Shown here piece after piece: positions 13,406-25,293 of a stretch of DNA of 64,000 nucleotides. Under the pieces are notes generated by a model that ran no database searches, was not told the origin of the DNA, and saw only the letters and a list, made by a program, of their open reading frames with translations. Within the stretch, counting starts at the first letter, position 1; each line of letters starts with the position of its first letter. This DNA comes from a virus, in IMG/VR virus record IMGVR_UViG_3300034062_004313, positions 32,001 to 96,000 of that record. One strand, 5' to 3'. The translations under genes and the position numbers were made by a program.

Positions 13406-14221
13406 TTAATCTTCATCCTTTACACTATCCCAATCAACAGGATAGTCATCGGGAGCATCTTCATCTTCTTCCTTCTTCACTTCAACTGGTTTTGTTATAT
13501 ACCATTCAAAGTATTCTTGGAAAGCTTTATCCAATGCTACAATTTTCTCATTATCTTCTGCTGAAATAGGTTCTCCAAGCTTATAAACTGGTACACTAAA
13601 TTTCATTGCATCATTACTTCTTATAGTAGACTTATTGATTTCAATCCAATTGTCATAGAGTTTATCACTATATACTTGTGTGAAACCAAACCATCCGGCA
13701 ATACGGTCTTCAAAATCCTTGCTCTTCAAATCTACACCACCTGAAAGTTGACTTCCCTTCAATTGAAGGTTCCAAATTTCAAATTCTCCTTCATTATCCA
13801 CTACAATATAAACAGATTGATGCCTTTTAACAGAGAGAGATTTAAGTTTATCCTTCACCTTTGAAGAATCTCCAGCTTTAAATTCATATAGTTTACCATC
13901 CTTATTACGTATAGTAACTACCATATTCTTATCACCTTCTGAAAAACGCCTGTTCCTAACTTCATTACTCCATGCACCCTGTTTAGTAGTTTCATTATAC
14001 CCTTTAAAATTAAAGGTGTCAGGTTCAATCACTGCAAACCTAAATGGTAGCTTTACAGGAACGTTTTCTTCTGTCACTTTATCATAAAAAGTGAAATTAC
14101 CACCAACTAATTTCTTAATTTCATCACCATCACTGTCTGTTGTAATCTTGTAAACGCTTTTCCATTGCAAATACTTTTTACATGGACTTTCTTTAATGTT
14201 ACTGCTTGTTGTTTTACTCAT
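13406..14221 (-). CDS. putative ssDNA-binding/recombination protein
   Basis: Motifs PCKKYLQWKS, FTFYDK, LPFRFAV, SNEV; acidic C-terminal tail; dedicated terminator. Confidence 0.45.
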   Translation of the reverse strand: MSKTTSSNIKESPCKKYLQWKSVYKITTDSDGDEIKKLVGGNFTFYDKVTEENVPVKLPFRFAVIEPDTFNFKGYNETTKQGAWSNEVRNRRFSEGDKNMVVTIRNKDGKLYEFKAGDSSKVKDKLKSLSVKRHQSVYIVVDNEGEFEIWNLQLKGSQLSGGVDLKSKDFEDRIAGWFGFTQVYSDKLYDNWIEINKSTIRSNDAMKFSVPVYKLGEPISAEDNEKIVALDKAFQEYFEWYITKPVEVKKEEDEDAPDDYPVDWDSVKDED

Positions 14222-14400
14222 TCTATTTTTGTTTAATTGTTAATACTTACTTAAATCTATTTCTTTAACTGTTTTATCTAAAGTTAATTTAGCTTCTTTA
14301 ATTTCAAATTGTTCTATTATTTTATCTTTAATATCATCATATATTTCTAAAACTTCTCGTAAGCTATAAGAACTATCAGGAACTAAAACTATTTCTATTT

Positions 14401-14937
14401 TCATTTTACTTGATATTTAACTCCACGACAAATAAAATAGTTAATCGTCCTTGGGTCTACTAAACGATTTCTTGTATCATAATCTTTAGATGGGTCTTTT
14501 GCAATTTGCATATCTACAAAATGTAACCTACTATTAACATCAAGGCTACCAAAATGACGACCAACCATTAATCTTTCTTCTCCTTCTAATGCTCTTTTAA
14601 CAGTGGCTTTGAATGCTTTTTCAACATCTTTAGGAGCAGTGTTATTATGAGTATTCATAATTTCCAAAAGTACATCTTTAGCATCTACCTTTTTGTTAAA
14701 ATTAACTGTAATTGCCACTGCTGTACATGTCATAAATTTCTCAATAACTTCTGTTCTTGAAAGAGTTTCTGTTTTTTCAAATTCAGATGCAGAAGAAAGA
14801 AAACTTTCTGCATATCCTTTATTCACTTCAATTTCTTCACCATCATCATTTTTCAAAATAACTTGATTTCCATTAACTGTTTTTACGGTGTAAAATTGCG
14901 TTTCTGACGCTACATCACCAATTTTAATTGTTTTCAT
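14401..14937 (-). CDS. conserved phage hypothetical protein
   Basis: 178-aa ORF ending RLVDPRTINYFICRGVKYQVK, adjacent to the vWA gene. Confidence 0.6.
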   Translation of the reverse strand: MKTIKIGDVASETQFYTVKTVNGNQVILKNDDGEEIEVNKGYAESFLSSASEFEKTETLSRTEVIEKFMTCTAVAITVNFNKKVDAKDVLLEIMNTHNNTAPKDVEKAFKATVKRALEGEERLMVGRHFGSLDVNSRLHFVDMQIAKDPSKDYDTRNRLVDPRTINYFICRGVKYQVK

Positions 14938-14943
14938 ATTTAC

Positions 14944-15783
14944 TTATTTGTTTAAAACTTTTTTATAAAATCCTGTACTTACATCTTTCTTTTCAATTAC
15001 ATTCTTAGTATATGTATTTAATGCTTCTGTACGAACTGTCATAGACATTTTCAATCCAGCACCTGTTCCATCATAACTTTGTGTATTACTTCTATCAATT
15101 TTCAGATTTTGAATAGATTCTTCAACATCTTGTGTTGTACCTACAAAAGTAATTGTAAAATTCTTACTATTAAGTTCTTCTATCAATTTTGACACATCAT
15201 TAGCAGAATATACTATTGAGTGATTATTCTTACCATCAGTAATAATACTAACTATAATCTTTTCATTTTCAGGAATATCTTTTAAATCATTTAATGTCAT
15301 TCCTACAGCATCATATAATGCTGTCATGTTATCTGTTACAATTTTCTTAAATTTTGGAGTTTTAGATAGGCGATATGTATAATTATCTACTACTGTATGA
15401 AATGTTCTTAACGTGTAAGTATAATTTACATCCTTAGTATTTAATACTTTTTCAATATCACTTTTAACCATTTCATTTGCAGCAAATATTTTACTATCAC
15501 TATCACCCTTTGTAAATCCATCATCCATACTTCCACTTCTATCTACAATATTAACAATATGAATTGTAGGAATATCTTTTACTTTAGTCTTTTTATTAGA
15601 TTTTTGTAAATAATCATCTACTTTTTGTAAATAATTATCTACTTTTTGTTTTGCATCTTCAAAAGGATATTCATTTTTTGTTTTAAAGTAATTCTTTAAA
15701 AATTCTACTGTTAATCCTTCTCTTTGAGCTAGTACTTCTTTTCTTTGTTTGTTTGCTTTTGTAAATTGATTTTTGTTTACCAT
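14944..15783 (-). CDS. von Willebrand factor A domain protein
   Basis: MIDAS motif IVDRSGSM, plus MTALYDAVG and IITDGKNN. Confidence 0.85.
   Translation of the reverse strand: MVNKNQFTKANKQRKEVLAQREGLTVEFLKNYFKTKNEYPFEDAKQKVDNYLQKVDDYLQKSNKKTKVKDIPTIHIVNIVDRSGSMDDGFTKGDSDSKIFAANEMVKSDIEKVLNTKDVNYTYTLRTFHTVVDNYTYRLSKTPKFKKIVTDNMTALYDAVGMTLNDLKDIPENEKIIVSIITDGKNNHSIVYSANDVSKLIEELNSKNFTITFVGTTQDVEESIQNLKIDRSNTQSYDGTGAGLKMSMTVRTEALNTYTKNVIEKKDVSTGFYKKVLNK
15601..15648. repeat. in-frame 21-nt tandem repeat in the vWA gene (QKVDNYL QKVDDYL QK)
   Basis: tttttgtaaataat(c/t)atctac repeated about 2.3 times. Confidence 0.8.
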
Positions 15784-15932
15784 ATAATCGTTTTAATAAT
15801 AATTTATTCTTTTCCCATTGTAACCAATAACTATTTAATTTATTTGGATTTTGCTTGTGTATCTTAATATTTATTTTATACCATCTAATTAAATTTAGTT
15901 TGGATGCCATAATCTAATCCATTTTCGTTCTG

Positions 15933-15964
15933 TAAAGTTACTGAAAATAGTGTAATAAAACAAA
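15933..15964 (-). promoter_or_regulatory. Bacteroidota primary-sigma-type promoter
   Basis: Minus strand TTTG-N20-TAACTTTA (consensus TTTG-N19-21-TAnnTTTG). Confidence 0.55.
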
Positions 15965-16709
15965 AATATTTCACCACTTTCTTCATTTTTTTCTATGCTT
16001 GGTCTTATAGCAATTTGAATAAATGCTATAATAGCTAAAGGTATTAAGAGATATGCTAACATTTGTATTCTTCTTTAATTATTTCTATAATTTCTTCTTT
16101 TTGAGCTTTAGTAAATAAAGGGTCTTTTAATTTTTTCCAAGTATTTAAAGGACTAAATCTGCTACCATTTGTATATATTACATAAGGTGTATTATTATAC
16201 CATTGTATTTCTTTAATAATTCCACTATTAGTTCTATCTTCCAATTTAAAAATTTCTCCGTCACTAAGACGTTTAACACTACCTATAGTCCAACGTTCTT
16301 TACAAAATCCTTCTAACCAAGCATTTATATTACTTTTATCATTTAAAATTTCATAATTCTCTTTGTATGATTCTGTTGGTTCAAGAGTTAATATTTTCCA
16401 TTCTTTCTCTTTATATTCTATCCATGTACCATCTTTAAAATTTGCATTTACTTGTTTAATAGGGTAAGTTGTAGAACCTCCTCCATCAAAGTTCCAAGAT
16501 ATAGTAACTAAATCATTAACTACCTTTTCTATACAATATTTACTATGATATTTTGTAGTAAACTTAGTACCTACAGGTACACATAATTCTTCTTTCTTCT
16601 TAGGTATATACCATTTATTTTGATACCATACTCCATTTGATATAGGATATATATTATCTGTTTCTTCAAATTCTATTCCATCTATTGTTATATTCATAAT
16701 TCAAATTTT

Positions 16710-18050
16710 TCATTTTACTCTTTCTCTTTTAATTCTTAAAATTTCTTCCCTAATATGGTTCGTATTTGAATTCCAATTGGTATTCTTTAAACACCATATT
16801 AAATAATTATCTGGAGCATCTGTAACCTTTTGTCCTTCATACTTACCAAAATTGAAATATACATTCCATTCATCAGATTTCCAAGGACGAATATGTTTTA
16901 TATCAACATCGCTTAAAAGTCTATCTTGACTATATACATTCCAATCTCCTAAACTATTCTTTTTGAATCTAATATCTTCAAGTTTTCCGAACCTATTATA
17001 ATTACCAGCTAAATCTGTTATGATACATTTTTCTTTTAAAAGATGAATTCTTGTACCTCTTCCACCTCTTTGTGTAACATTAGATAAGGAAGCTGTAGGA
17101 TTAGCATCTATAATGTGACTTATTTCAGGATAATCAAATCCAATTGCAAATATTGAAACATTAAAAACAGTTCTTATAAGTCCTGCTTTATATTGTGTTA
17201 CAATACGTTGCCTTTCTTTATCAGGCATTCCACTATATACACATGCTGAATTAGGAACTCTTGCTGCTAATGCTTGTGCTTGAGCTATACTTTTAACAAA
17301 TACTAATATAGCATTGGAATCACTATCTATAATACGATTGATAATTCTTTGTTCTATATTATTATTCTTATAAAATCTTTCTATACTATCATCTGTATAT
17401 TCTGCTCCAGTACTATTAAAAACTAATCCACCTGTATCCCAATCGAATAGTTCATATTCCAACTTGCTCCAAAATCCCTGTTTAACAATATCTTCTACTT
17501 GCATAAGATAGATAATATCTTTAAACATAGGTCTTGTAGAACCACGTTTGGTTAACATCTCCACCTTTGTATATCTGTTTCCACTAAAATCTGTTCTTTG
17601 AGCAAGTTTATATGGAGTGGCTGTTAAACCAAGTATTTTTTTAATACCACTTTCCTTTATAAACTTTCTATATTGACCTACATCTCTTGATGCTGTATGT
17701 ACTTCATCGAACAAGCAGTTTTTATAACCCATTCTTTTAAATTCAGAAGCATATTTAACAGCAGTTTGTATAGTAGCATATGTAGACTTTCCAAACTCTT
17801 TTTGTTTGAAGGAAGCAGAAAATATAGAAGCTTCACCACCAAAACCAATCATCTTTTCATAGTTTTGACCAAGAAGCTCCTTTGAAGTTGTTAAAATTAT
17901 TGTATTCCCTTCTATTTGTTTTGGAATAAGCGCACAGAGCAAACTTTTTCCAAAGGCTGTCGGGCATACCATAAGACTTTCAAAGTTCTTTTTATCAAAC
18001 TCTGAAAGTCCTATATTAACTGCTTCTTCTTGATATGGTCTTAATATCAT
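16710..18050 (-). CDS. SF2 (DEAD/SSL2-like) helicase with C-terminal FGKY domain
   Basis: LRPYQ, PTAFGKS, DEVH, GLTATP, GFDYP, QRGGRGTR; C-terminal FNFGKYEGQ...NYLIW. Confidence 0.9.
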   Translation of the reverse strand: MILRPYQEEAVNIGLSEFDKKNFESLMVCPTAFGKSLLCALIPKQIEGNTIILTTSKELLGQNYEKMIGFGGEASIFSASFKQKEFGKSTYATIQTAVKYASEFKRMGYKNCLFDEVHTASRDVGQYRKFIKESGIKKILGLTATPYKLAQRTDFSGNRYTKVEMLTKRGSTRPMFKDIIYLMQVEDIVKQGFWSKLEYELFDWDTGGLVFNSTGAEYTDDSIERFYKNNNIEQRIINRIIDSDSNAILVFVKSIAQAQALAARVPNSACVYSGMPDKERQRIVTQYKAGLIRTVFNVSIFAIGFDYPEISHIIDANPTASLSNVTQRGGRGTRIHLLKEKCIITDLAGNYNRFGKLEDIRFKKNSLGDWNVYSQDRLLSDVDIKHIRPWKSDEWNVYFNFGKYEGQKVTDAPDNYLIWCLKNTNWNSNTNHIREEILRIKRERVK

Positions 18051-18862
18051 TCATCCATTTTTAATGGTTTAAACTTTTCTTTTTTAATCACAATTCCTTC
18101 TTTCAACAAAGCTATACATTCTCTCTTACAATATTCGTTAAAAACAAATGCTTTATAAAAATTTTCACGCATATACCTTTTGAATGTATATTCAGCACTA
18201 TCTCCTTCTTGTATTGGAATACGTAGTATTACTGGATGTATTTTAAATTCTTCTTTCAAATATTGTATACTTTTTGCATTTTTGTATATTTCATACATAT
18301 GTTTAGCAAATCTTTTATTAAAATGGTCTTTCACACTACAATAAAGAAGAAATATTTCTACTTCTCCTATTAGTTCTCTGCCGAATGCTGCAACTCTACG
18401 ACCATCTTCTAAATATCTCTTAAAATTTTTCATTCTTTTAAATATGCTGGTAAAATTAAATAATAACCATTTTCATAATGGTCTTTTGGTATAACATATT
18501 CTTTTAAATACATTTGTGCTTCACCTTCAGTATCAAAATTTGTTTCTTTAATACTAAATGTTTGAATTTCTTCTGTAGAAGATTCACCATTTCTAGCATA
18601 ATAATCAGTTGAAGGAACATGTACTTCTTTATAATCAAAGTAACATATTATATACTTCTTTTTCATGCTTCCAAATCTAATAGGTTACCAATTGTTTTTA
18701 ATGAACCTGCTAATTGTTTAGCTAAACTTATTAATGCTTCTCTTTCTAAAGATTCTAACCATATATCTTGAGTATGTTCTTGACAATCTTCAAAACAAGT
18801 TGGTGTTTTTTTATCTTCTCCATCAAACTTATCAAATATATAAATTCCGCTTAAATTTCTTC

Positions 18863-20212
18863 TCATTTTTTAATCTTTTGTTTTGTAAATTCTGCTAAGT
18901 CCAAAAGTACATTCTTTTTTCCTACTAAACTAAAATATGATACTAAAAATTCTGCAAAATCTGCATCTACATCAAATTCTTTATCTATAATAATACATTT
19001 ATTGTATTTATCTTCAATAGACTTTTGACCAAATATTGATGCTTGTTTAATATCACATTCTATATGAATATCATAAATTCTTTCAATTTGGTCTTTTATA
19101 GATTCCTTTGTTTGATTGAATATTGTACATATTACTTCAGTTGGAGTAGATTTTATAGTAACATTCTTACTATAAGTCCACATGTCATCACCAATACTCC
19201 TTAATACTTTACCACTACTATTATATAGTTTATGACATTTAATATTCTTCTCTAAATCTTTGAAAGTGTGTGGTGTACAATATTCAAACTTATCTTCAAA
19301 ATACTTAACAAGAAAATTATTAGGACTATAGAATGACACTTTATTTAAAACATCATTCTTATCTAAATATTCTTCTTCACGAATAATAAAACTTGCTAAA
19401 GTATTATCATTAGTATATTGTAAATATCCTGTTAATTCAGATAAAACACTCCAATAATCATTTAGCATACGTCTTTCATCTATCTCTCCAAATTCACTAT
19501 TAAAATTAAAGAAAGACTTTTCATTTACATTCTCATAAACAAGTATACCTTTCTTATATATTCTTAAATGACCATCTGGACTTTCAAAAATATAACCCTT
19601 AATATTATCATAATTATCTTTTATTGGTAAATATACTTCATGATTCTTAGAATTAAGTATATATTTATCTCTATCTAACCAAACTTGATAAAATAGATTA
19701 TGTTCATCAAAGGTTAATGTTATTTTAGTCCCATTAATATCTAAAGAATAAGAATCACTATCATTTGTATAATATCCACCTTCATCAAGCATATTACTAT
19801 ACAACTCTCTCCATGCTTGCCACAGTTCCCAATTATGTCCTAATTGTAATGCAAATCCTGTATGAATATCTGATTCTTCTGTAGTTCCCCAAGGTTCTAC
19901 ATATGAATTACCACATGGAGTTTTAGTAACATGGAATGATATTAATTCTTTACACTTATTAGTATAATCACATTCTTCATTCCTTATGAATGGTTCATAT
20001 AAGTAAGAATAAGACTGTTCTTCTTTATCAGTAGACTCTTTATATACCTCTATTGTAATATCAACATTATTTCTTAAAAGAAGAGCAATAGCATATTTTA
20101 ACCCACTGTCAAATGACCCAATCTTACTATCATCTGTTCTTTTTGAACTATCACCCATACTACTTATGTCAATAGGAGATAAAAGAGTAGGTGTTATAAA
20201 ATTTATTTGCAT
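18863..20212 (-). CDS. GHKL/HATPase-fold ATPase-like protein
   Basis: MGDSSK...IGSFDSGLKYAIALLLR, and later RELYSNMLDE (N-box placed after the G-box) and GTKITL. Confidence 0.65.
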   Translation of the reverse strand: MQINFITPTLLSPIDISSMGDSSKRTDDSKIGSFDSGLKYAIALLLRNNVDITIEVYKESTDKEEQSYSYLYEPFIRNEECDYTNKCKELISFHVTKTPCGNSYVEPWGTTEESDIHTGFALQLGHNWELWQAWRELYSNMLDEGGYYTNDSDSYSLDINGTKITLTFDEHNLFYQVWLDRDKYILNSKNHEVYLPIKDNYDNIKGYIFESPDGHLRIYKKGILVYENVNEKSFFNFNSEFGEIDERRMLNDYWSVLSELTGYLQYTNDNTLASFIIREEEYLDKNDVLNKVSFYSPNNFLVKYFEDKFEYCTPHTFKDLEKNIKCHKLYNSSGKVLRSIGDDMWTYSKNVTIKSTPTEVICTIFNQTKESIKDQIERIYDIHIECDIKQASIFGQKSIEDKYNKCIIIDKEFDVDADFAEFLVSYFSLVGKKNVLLDLAEFTKQKIKK

Positions 20213-20217
20213 AATAT

Positions 20218-20249
20218 AAAACCGTCTGTAAATTTCTCTACAGACGGCT
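20218..20249 (-). terminator. intrinsic terminator-like hairpin
   Basis: Minus strand GCCGUCUGUAGA...UUUACAGACGGU followed by U residues, downstream of 20268..20567. Confidence 0.65.
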
Positions 20250-21510
20250 ATTTAATTTAATGTGAATTTAAAAATTTACTGTCTTATCTTCTTCTTCTGT
20301 GTAAAACTGTTCAATAAAATCTTGAATAAGTTCTTGTTCTTCTATAAGTTTTTTAATTTCTGCAAACATTATCTTAACTTCTGCCATTGTTACTTCACCT
20401 ACATTACTCAATCTTTCTTGAATTTTTTCCATCTTACCTTCAATCTCATACTCTAAATCTGAAATCTCTTTGTTGAATTTCCTTAATTCTGTGTTAACTA
20501 CTTTCTTAAATACCACTTCACTCTTGTTTTCTTGTGCTCCTTGTTGGAGAAGTTCTAAACGTGTCATAATTGTTGATTTTTTATTGTTTTTAAAATTAAC
20601 TCTGTTACCTTTTTAATATCTACTACTTGTATAGATTCTGTTTTAGATAATGGAAATTTCTTTTTAGTTGTAACTAAAATTTTCTTAATTTCTTTTTCTA
20701 AATTCATTATATTCTTGTTGTTTTTAATTCTTCTGCAATTTTTCTATATGCTTGTTCTTGTTCTTCCATTCTTTTTTTAACTATTTCAATAAGTTCTCTT
20801 CCTTGTTTTTCAAGTTCATATTCATTATTGCTTCCATTATGTCTGAGCCTATTTGCCGTTACATATACTTTTGCAATATCATTAATAGATAAACATCGAA
20901 TATCTTGAAGAGTTTTAATTTTATCTATATCTACACTCACTTTAATCCATTCTACACTATCTTCTACTACACATGCTGGAATAAAATCATTATTTTCATT
21001 AGTATAGCACATATTTTCTCTTAATAAGCTTTCATCAGGCCAAACTATAATGCCACTTTTTCTATGCTTGTATTTCATTTTGAATTTTTTAATACTTCTT
21101 CTATAGCTATTTTTAAATCTTTTAAACCTTTTCTTGTTATAGGACCGATTGTTGTAGTATTAAATCCTAAATCTCTTTTAGTTGCTCTACTATCTTCTTT
21201 TGGATATATTGCATTATCCATCATAGAAACATATCCTGTATTATTAATTAAGTCTATATTAATTAAATAAGTTCCTAAAACAATTTGCTTTTGAACGAAT
21301 TTCATTTTATCTTATTTAAAATCATTTGAGTATGAAGAAATATAGTTTTACCACAATTAGTTTTATATGGTGCTGGATTATTATCAATATTCAATAGAAA
21401 ATGGACAAATGCCTGATGAAAACTACGTTCATCAAGTATTCTTGTGTCACAACTTTTGCTTATGTTATCAATATAATATTGATATGCTTTTTGAATGTTT
21501 ATTTGCATAA

Positions 21511-22695
21511 TTATTTTTTAGCATCATATCCAAGTGACATGTACTTGCAGGAAAAGTTATGATTTTCATCTCTAATAACTATACCTTCTACCATATTATC
21601 TCTGAAGTAAGTTTCACATTCTTCTTTAATTTCTTCAATAGTGTTAAAAGTCTTATCGAAAACCAAATCTGTTATAGGAACATTTAATTCTGTAGTAATT
21701 CTTTTAAACTCTTCTTCTCCAAGCTTTATAGATTGGTCTTCATATTTACAAACATTAAAGAATTTAATTCCTACAGGAAGTTTAGCATGTGGATTGTTCT
21801 TGTTACCACTTCCTTTCATGTTTTGACCATAAATTTCACCCTGAAGTACTATGTTGACATTGTTTTTCTTACAATAAGATTCTAATAAATCAAGATATTT
21901 CATTCCATGTTTAACAAAATCACTGTCATTAGGTACTTCTTCGTAGAAATTTAAATCAGGCTTAGTCCAAAATAACACTTTTTCTAAGAAAGTTTTATTA
22001 CGTCTTCCTGTAACCTTTTTTGTAGATAGTGGTTTACCTTGATTACGAGAAGCAATTCCTTTTTTACCATCTTTATACCACTCTGTTATAGAGCTACCAT
22101 CAATTTTAACACGACCAATAAGTCTTTTAGGAAGAATCTTCTCAAAATGTTTAACTACATTATTAAAATTCTCTTCATCTGTTTTAACTACTCCATCTGG
22201 AAATTTAGTAGAGGCTCCACCTTTAATTCCAGCACCAGATTTATCATCAGGTTCTTCATATTTAGTAATTCCTAATTCTTGTGCTAAATCTAAAGTAGTT
22301 AAAGGTAGATTATGACCATGAGCAGTCATTCCTGTATAATCTTGAACTTCTTTATATTGTAATAATATACCATTACTATACACTGGAAATCCATCTCCAC
22401 GATGTAAATTAAACTTCTTAGCACGAATACGTCTTGGTAATCCATTTGTTTTTCCTAACATACTCTTGCTTTCATCTCCATTAGGACGAATGAACGATTC
22501 GAATAGTGGAATATCTGAAACACAATAATCAGGAAATATTAATACTGCTTTATCTCCAACTTTATAAATATCTTTTTGACTAACTAATTCATATCCAAAC
22601 TCTTCAATAGTGAGCAACTCTATCGAGTTGGCTTGTTCTTCTCCTTTAAATAAGGGAATCTTTTCTTTTATTATAACAATTTGTACGGCTTCCAT
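21511..22695 (-). CDS. ATP-dependent RNA ligase, DRB0094/Rnl5-like, with N-terminal OB domain
   Basis: KVGDKAV in the N-domain; motif I KIDGSS; ASRN; LQGEIYG; KFFNV; EGIVIR; CKYMS. Confidence 0.85.
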   Translation of the reverse strand: MEAVQIVIIKEKIPLFKGEEQANSIELLTIEEFGYELVSQKDIYKVGDKAVLIFPDYCVSDIPLFESFIRPNGDESKSMLGKTNGLPRRIRAKKFNLHRGDGFPVYSNGILLQYKEVQDYTGMTAHGHNLPLTTLDLAQELGITKYEEPDDKSGAGIKGGASTKFPDGVVKTDEENFNNVVKHFEKILPKRLIGRVKIDGSSITEWYKDGKKGIASRNQGKPLSTKKVTGRRNKTFLEKVLFWTKPDLNFYEEVPNDSDFVKHGMKYLDLLESYCKKNNVNIVLQGEIYGQNMKGSGNKNNPHAKLPVGIKFFNVCKYEDQSIKLGEEEFKRITTELNVPITDLVFDKTFNTIEEIKEECETYFRDNMVEGIVIRDENHNFSCKYMSLGYDAKK

Positions 22696-24387
22696 TATTT
22701 TTCGTATTTAGTTAATATTAAAATAACTCCTGTTAAAAATCCTGCTGGCATCCACCAAACAGCATATAATAATATCAACCACCAATTTCCTACTAAAGCA
22801 CTTAATACTATAGGAAATATCCATATAGCTATTATTATTAGTATTGATAATGTAATTATTATTGTTTTCATTCTATTTGTTTTAAAAGTTCTTCTATTTT
22901 ATCCATTACTTCTAACAATTCGTATATTTTTCCTGAAATAAAATCTGTACGTTGTAATGATTCTAAATATTCAACTCTTTGTTCAAGTTCTTCATACAAC
23001 TCTTTCATAATTCAAATTTCTTTTTAAATTTATCCCAATCTAAATCATCAAAATGATTCGAAACATCTTTTAATATTTCTTCAACATCTTCCCATTTTAC
23101 ATATTCTCCATCATGTTGTTCTTCCATTCCTGCTGAAATAGAGTCGAATTCTGTATTTACATATAAATCATATCTTTTCATAATACAAAGGTTTTAAAAT
23201 AAGATTAATACGGCAATTAATAAAAAAATCAGTAGGTTTTCCTATTTCCATACCCTCTTTAAAAACTAACCATTCTTTATTATTTTGACAATATGCTATT
23301 TCGTAATTATTTATTTTATATCCTCTATTAGGAACGTAATAATTTCCTCTGAATATAGGAGCATACTGTTCTTTAAGTAATCTCATAATTTCTCTTTAAG
23401 TTTATTATACACTGTATAAATACCTAAATCCTTAGCTTTATTTAAAGCAGTTAATGCAAATTGAATTTTTTCCTTTCTTACAAATTCAGAATTAGCTCCT
23501 GCTATGAAGTCTTCTATTGCTGAATTAGCTAAGTCATCTGTTTTTACAGGGTCAGTAAAATTATTGATTTTTATTCTCCATCCATAATTTCTAGCTTCTT
23601 CTTGTAAACTCATAATTAATGCCTCCAATTTAAATTTAAATCTCTAATATTAGTTAATGCAGAAGTGTAGTTTTCATAATTCTTCCAATCTCCTCCACAA
23701 TTATATACCACTCTCACTTGTTCTGTAGTCCATTCAGGAACTTCTTTTACAATACCATTCTCCCATCTATCTTCATAACCATCTGTACTTATTCCATCTT
23801 CTTCGAATATTGGTACAGAATTTCTATAATGAGAAGGGAGATAGTGTACTTTATCTCCCTTTTTAAGTTTTGCTATATCTATCATTTATAAAGATTTTAA
23901 ATAGAAATAAGTTTTAAACAATTGAAGTTTTCTTTTTATAGATTCATAGTATTGCATAGACTTAGACCATTCTGATTTAGCAGACATTTGTGCCATTTCA
24001 CCTTTAGTTTAAGCATATTTAATTGATTATAATAACTAAAAAATTAATCAAATATCCATTCAATTAACCATTTGTTGCTTTTGCGATTTATTATCCTATA
24101 TAATAATATCCACATCAAAACAGGCATACTTACTAAAACAAGTATTATTTTTAGTAAGCACCCAATAGCAATCATTGTTGCTTCCGAATAAAACATTTTA
24201 GTTTATTTATTTTAAGACCATTCCCACCAATTTGATTTTTTATGAACACTACCTTTTCTAACCTTTTTGTTGAAAAACCTCTTCCAGAATTTACCACATG
24301 GTTTAACAAAAAAACTTTGAGCAGGAGTATTTAAATTTTCCTTTGTTTTCTTTTTGTTACCTAAAAAGACTTTTAATTTATCTTCAT

Positions 24388-25293
24388 TCATTTTAAATGT
24401 TTTTCAAATGGATATAAATCTGTACTTCCATTATTATAATCTACGTATCTATTAGTTTTAGGATTAAATCTCATTTTTACTGTACCGGGCAATCCTACTA
24501 ATTTTTGTTTCTTAATCTTTTCAGATTTAAAAATTACATAAGTATCTGTTTTATCTTTAGCATAATTAGGTCTACATACTATAATAACATTATCTGCTGT
24601 ATCTGAATATGTACCACCCTGTTTAATAGTATATTTAGAAGGTTCTGGATAATTACCTGTATCATCTTTTTTAGGTGTTTGCTGATGCATCACAAGATGT
24701 ACTGATACATCTGGAAAATCCACTACAAAGTCATTAAGATAACCCATGAAGTAGCCTCCAAATAAGTCATCCCTATCTGGACTTTCTTTACTACGAGTGA
24801 TACGAATATGTGGGTCTATAATAAATCCATAGAGAGAGGGGTCTTTTTCTTTCATTCCTCTCCACAACTTAACAAGATTTTCAATTGTATTATCAGGAAG
24901 TGGGATATGAATGAAAATGAATAAATCCTTTAAAATCTCTAAACATTTAACATATAAATCTGGTCCAATAAAATTTGGATTATCTTTGTCAGTAGATTTA
25001 CCTGAAAGAGTATGAATAATTTCATCATAAAACCATTCAGCAGGACTATCTTCTGGAGCATAGAATACAAACTTTTTCTTTTCTTCCAATGCTTTAATAA
25101 GAGCAAGGAACCTTATCATAGTTCCTTTGCCTTCATTATTATAACCTGTCCAAATATTTACTTCTCCTTGTCTCCATGTCCACACTTGGTCAATTTCATC
25201 AATATAACATGTAGTTCCCTTAACATGACCATTGAGTAATGTTTCTACCATATGTTCCTGAACATCTCTTATTCTTATTACTCTTTTACTCAT
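24388..25293 (-). CDS. DnaB/SF4-like replicative helicase (ATPase domain only)
   Basis: Walker A TGYNNEGKGT, Walker B FIIDP, LVMHQ, DTADNVI, KIKKQKLVG. Confidence 0.85.
   Translation of the reverse strand: MSKRVIRIRDVQEHMVETLLNGHVKGTTCYIDEIDQVWTWRQGEVNIWTGYNNEGKGTMIRFLALIKALEEKKKFVFYAPEDSPAEWFYDEIIHTLSGKSTDKDNPNFIGPDLYVKCLEILKDLFIFIHIPLPDNTIENLVKLWRGMKEKDPSLYGFIIDPHIRITRSKESPDRDDLFGGYFMGYLNDFVVDFPDVSVHLVMHQQTPKKDDTGNYPEPSKYTIKQGGTYSDTADNVIIVCRPNYAKDKTDTYVIFKSEKIKKQKLVGLPGTVKMRFNPKTNRYVDYNNGSTDLYPFEKHLK

Noticed and set aside
23890-24390. Apparent 500-nt non-coding gap downstream of the helicase
   Set aside because: It is filled by ORFs under 60 aa on the minus strand (a ~58-aa basic protein, a 50-aa membrane peptide and a short fragment), with no notable RNA structure.
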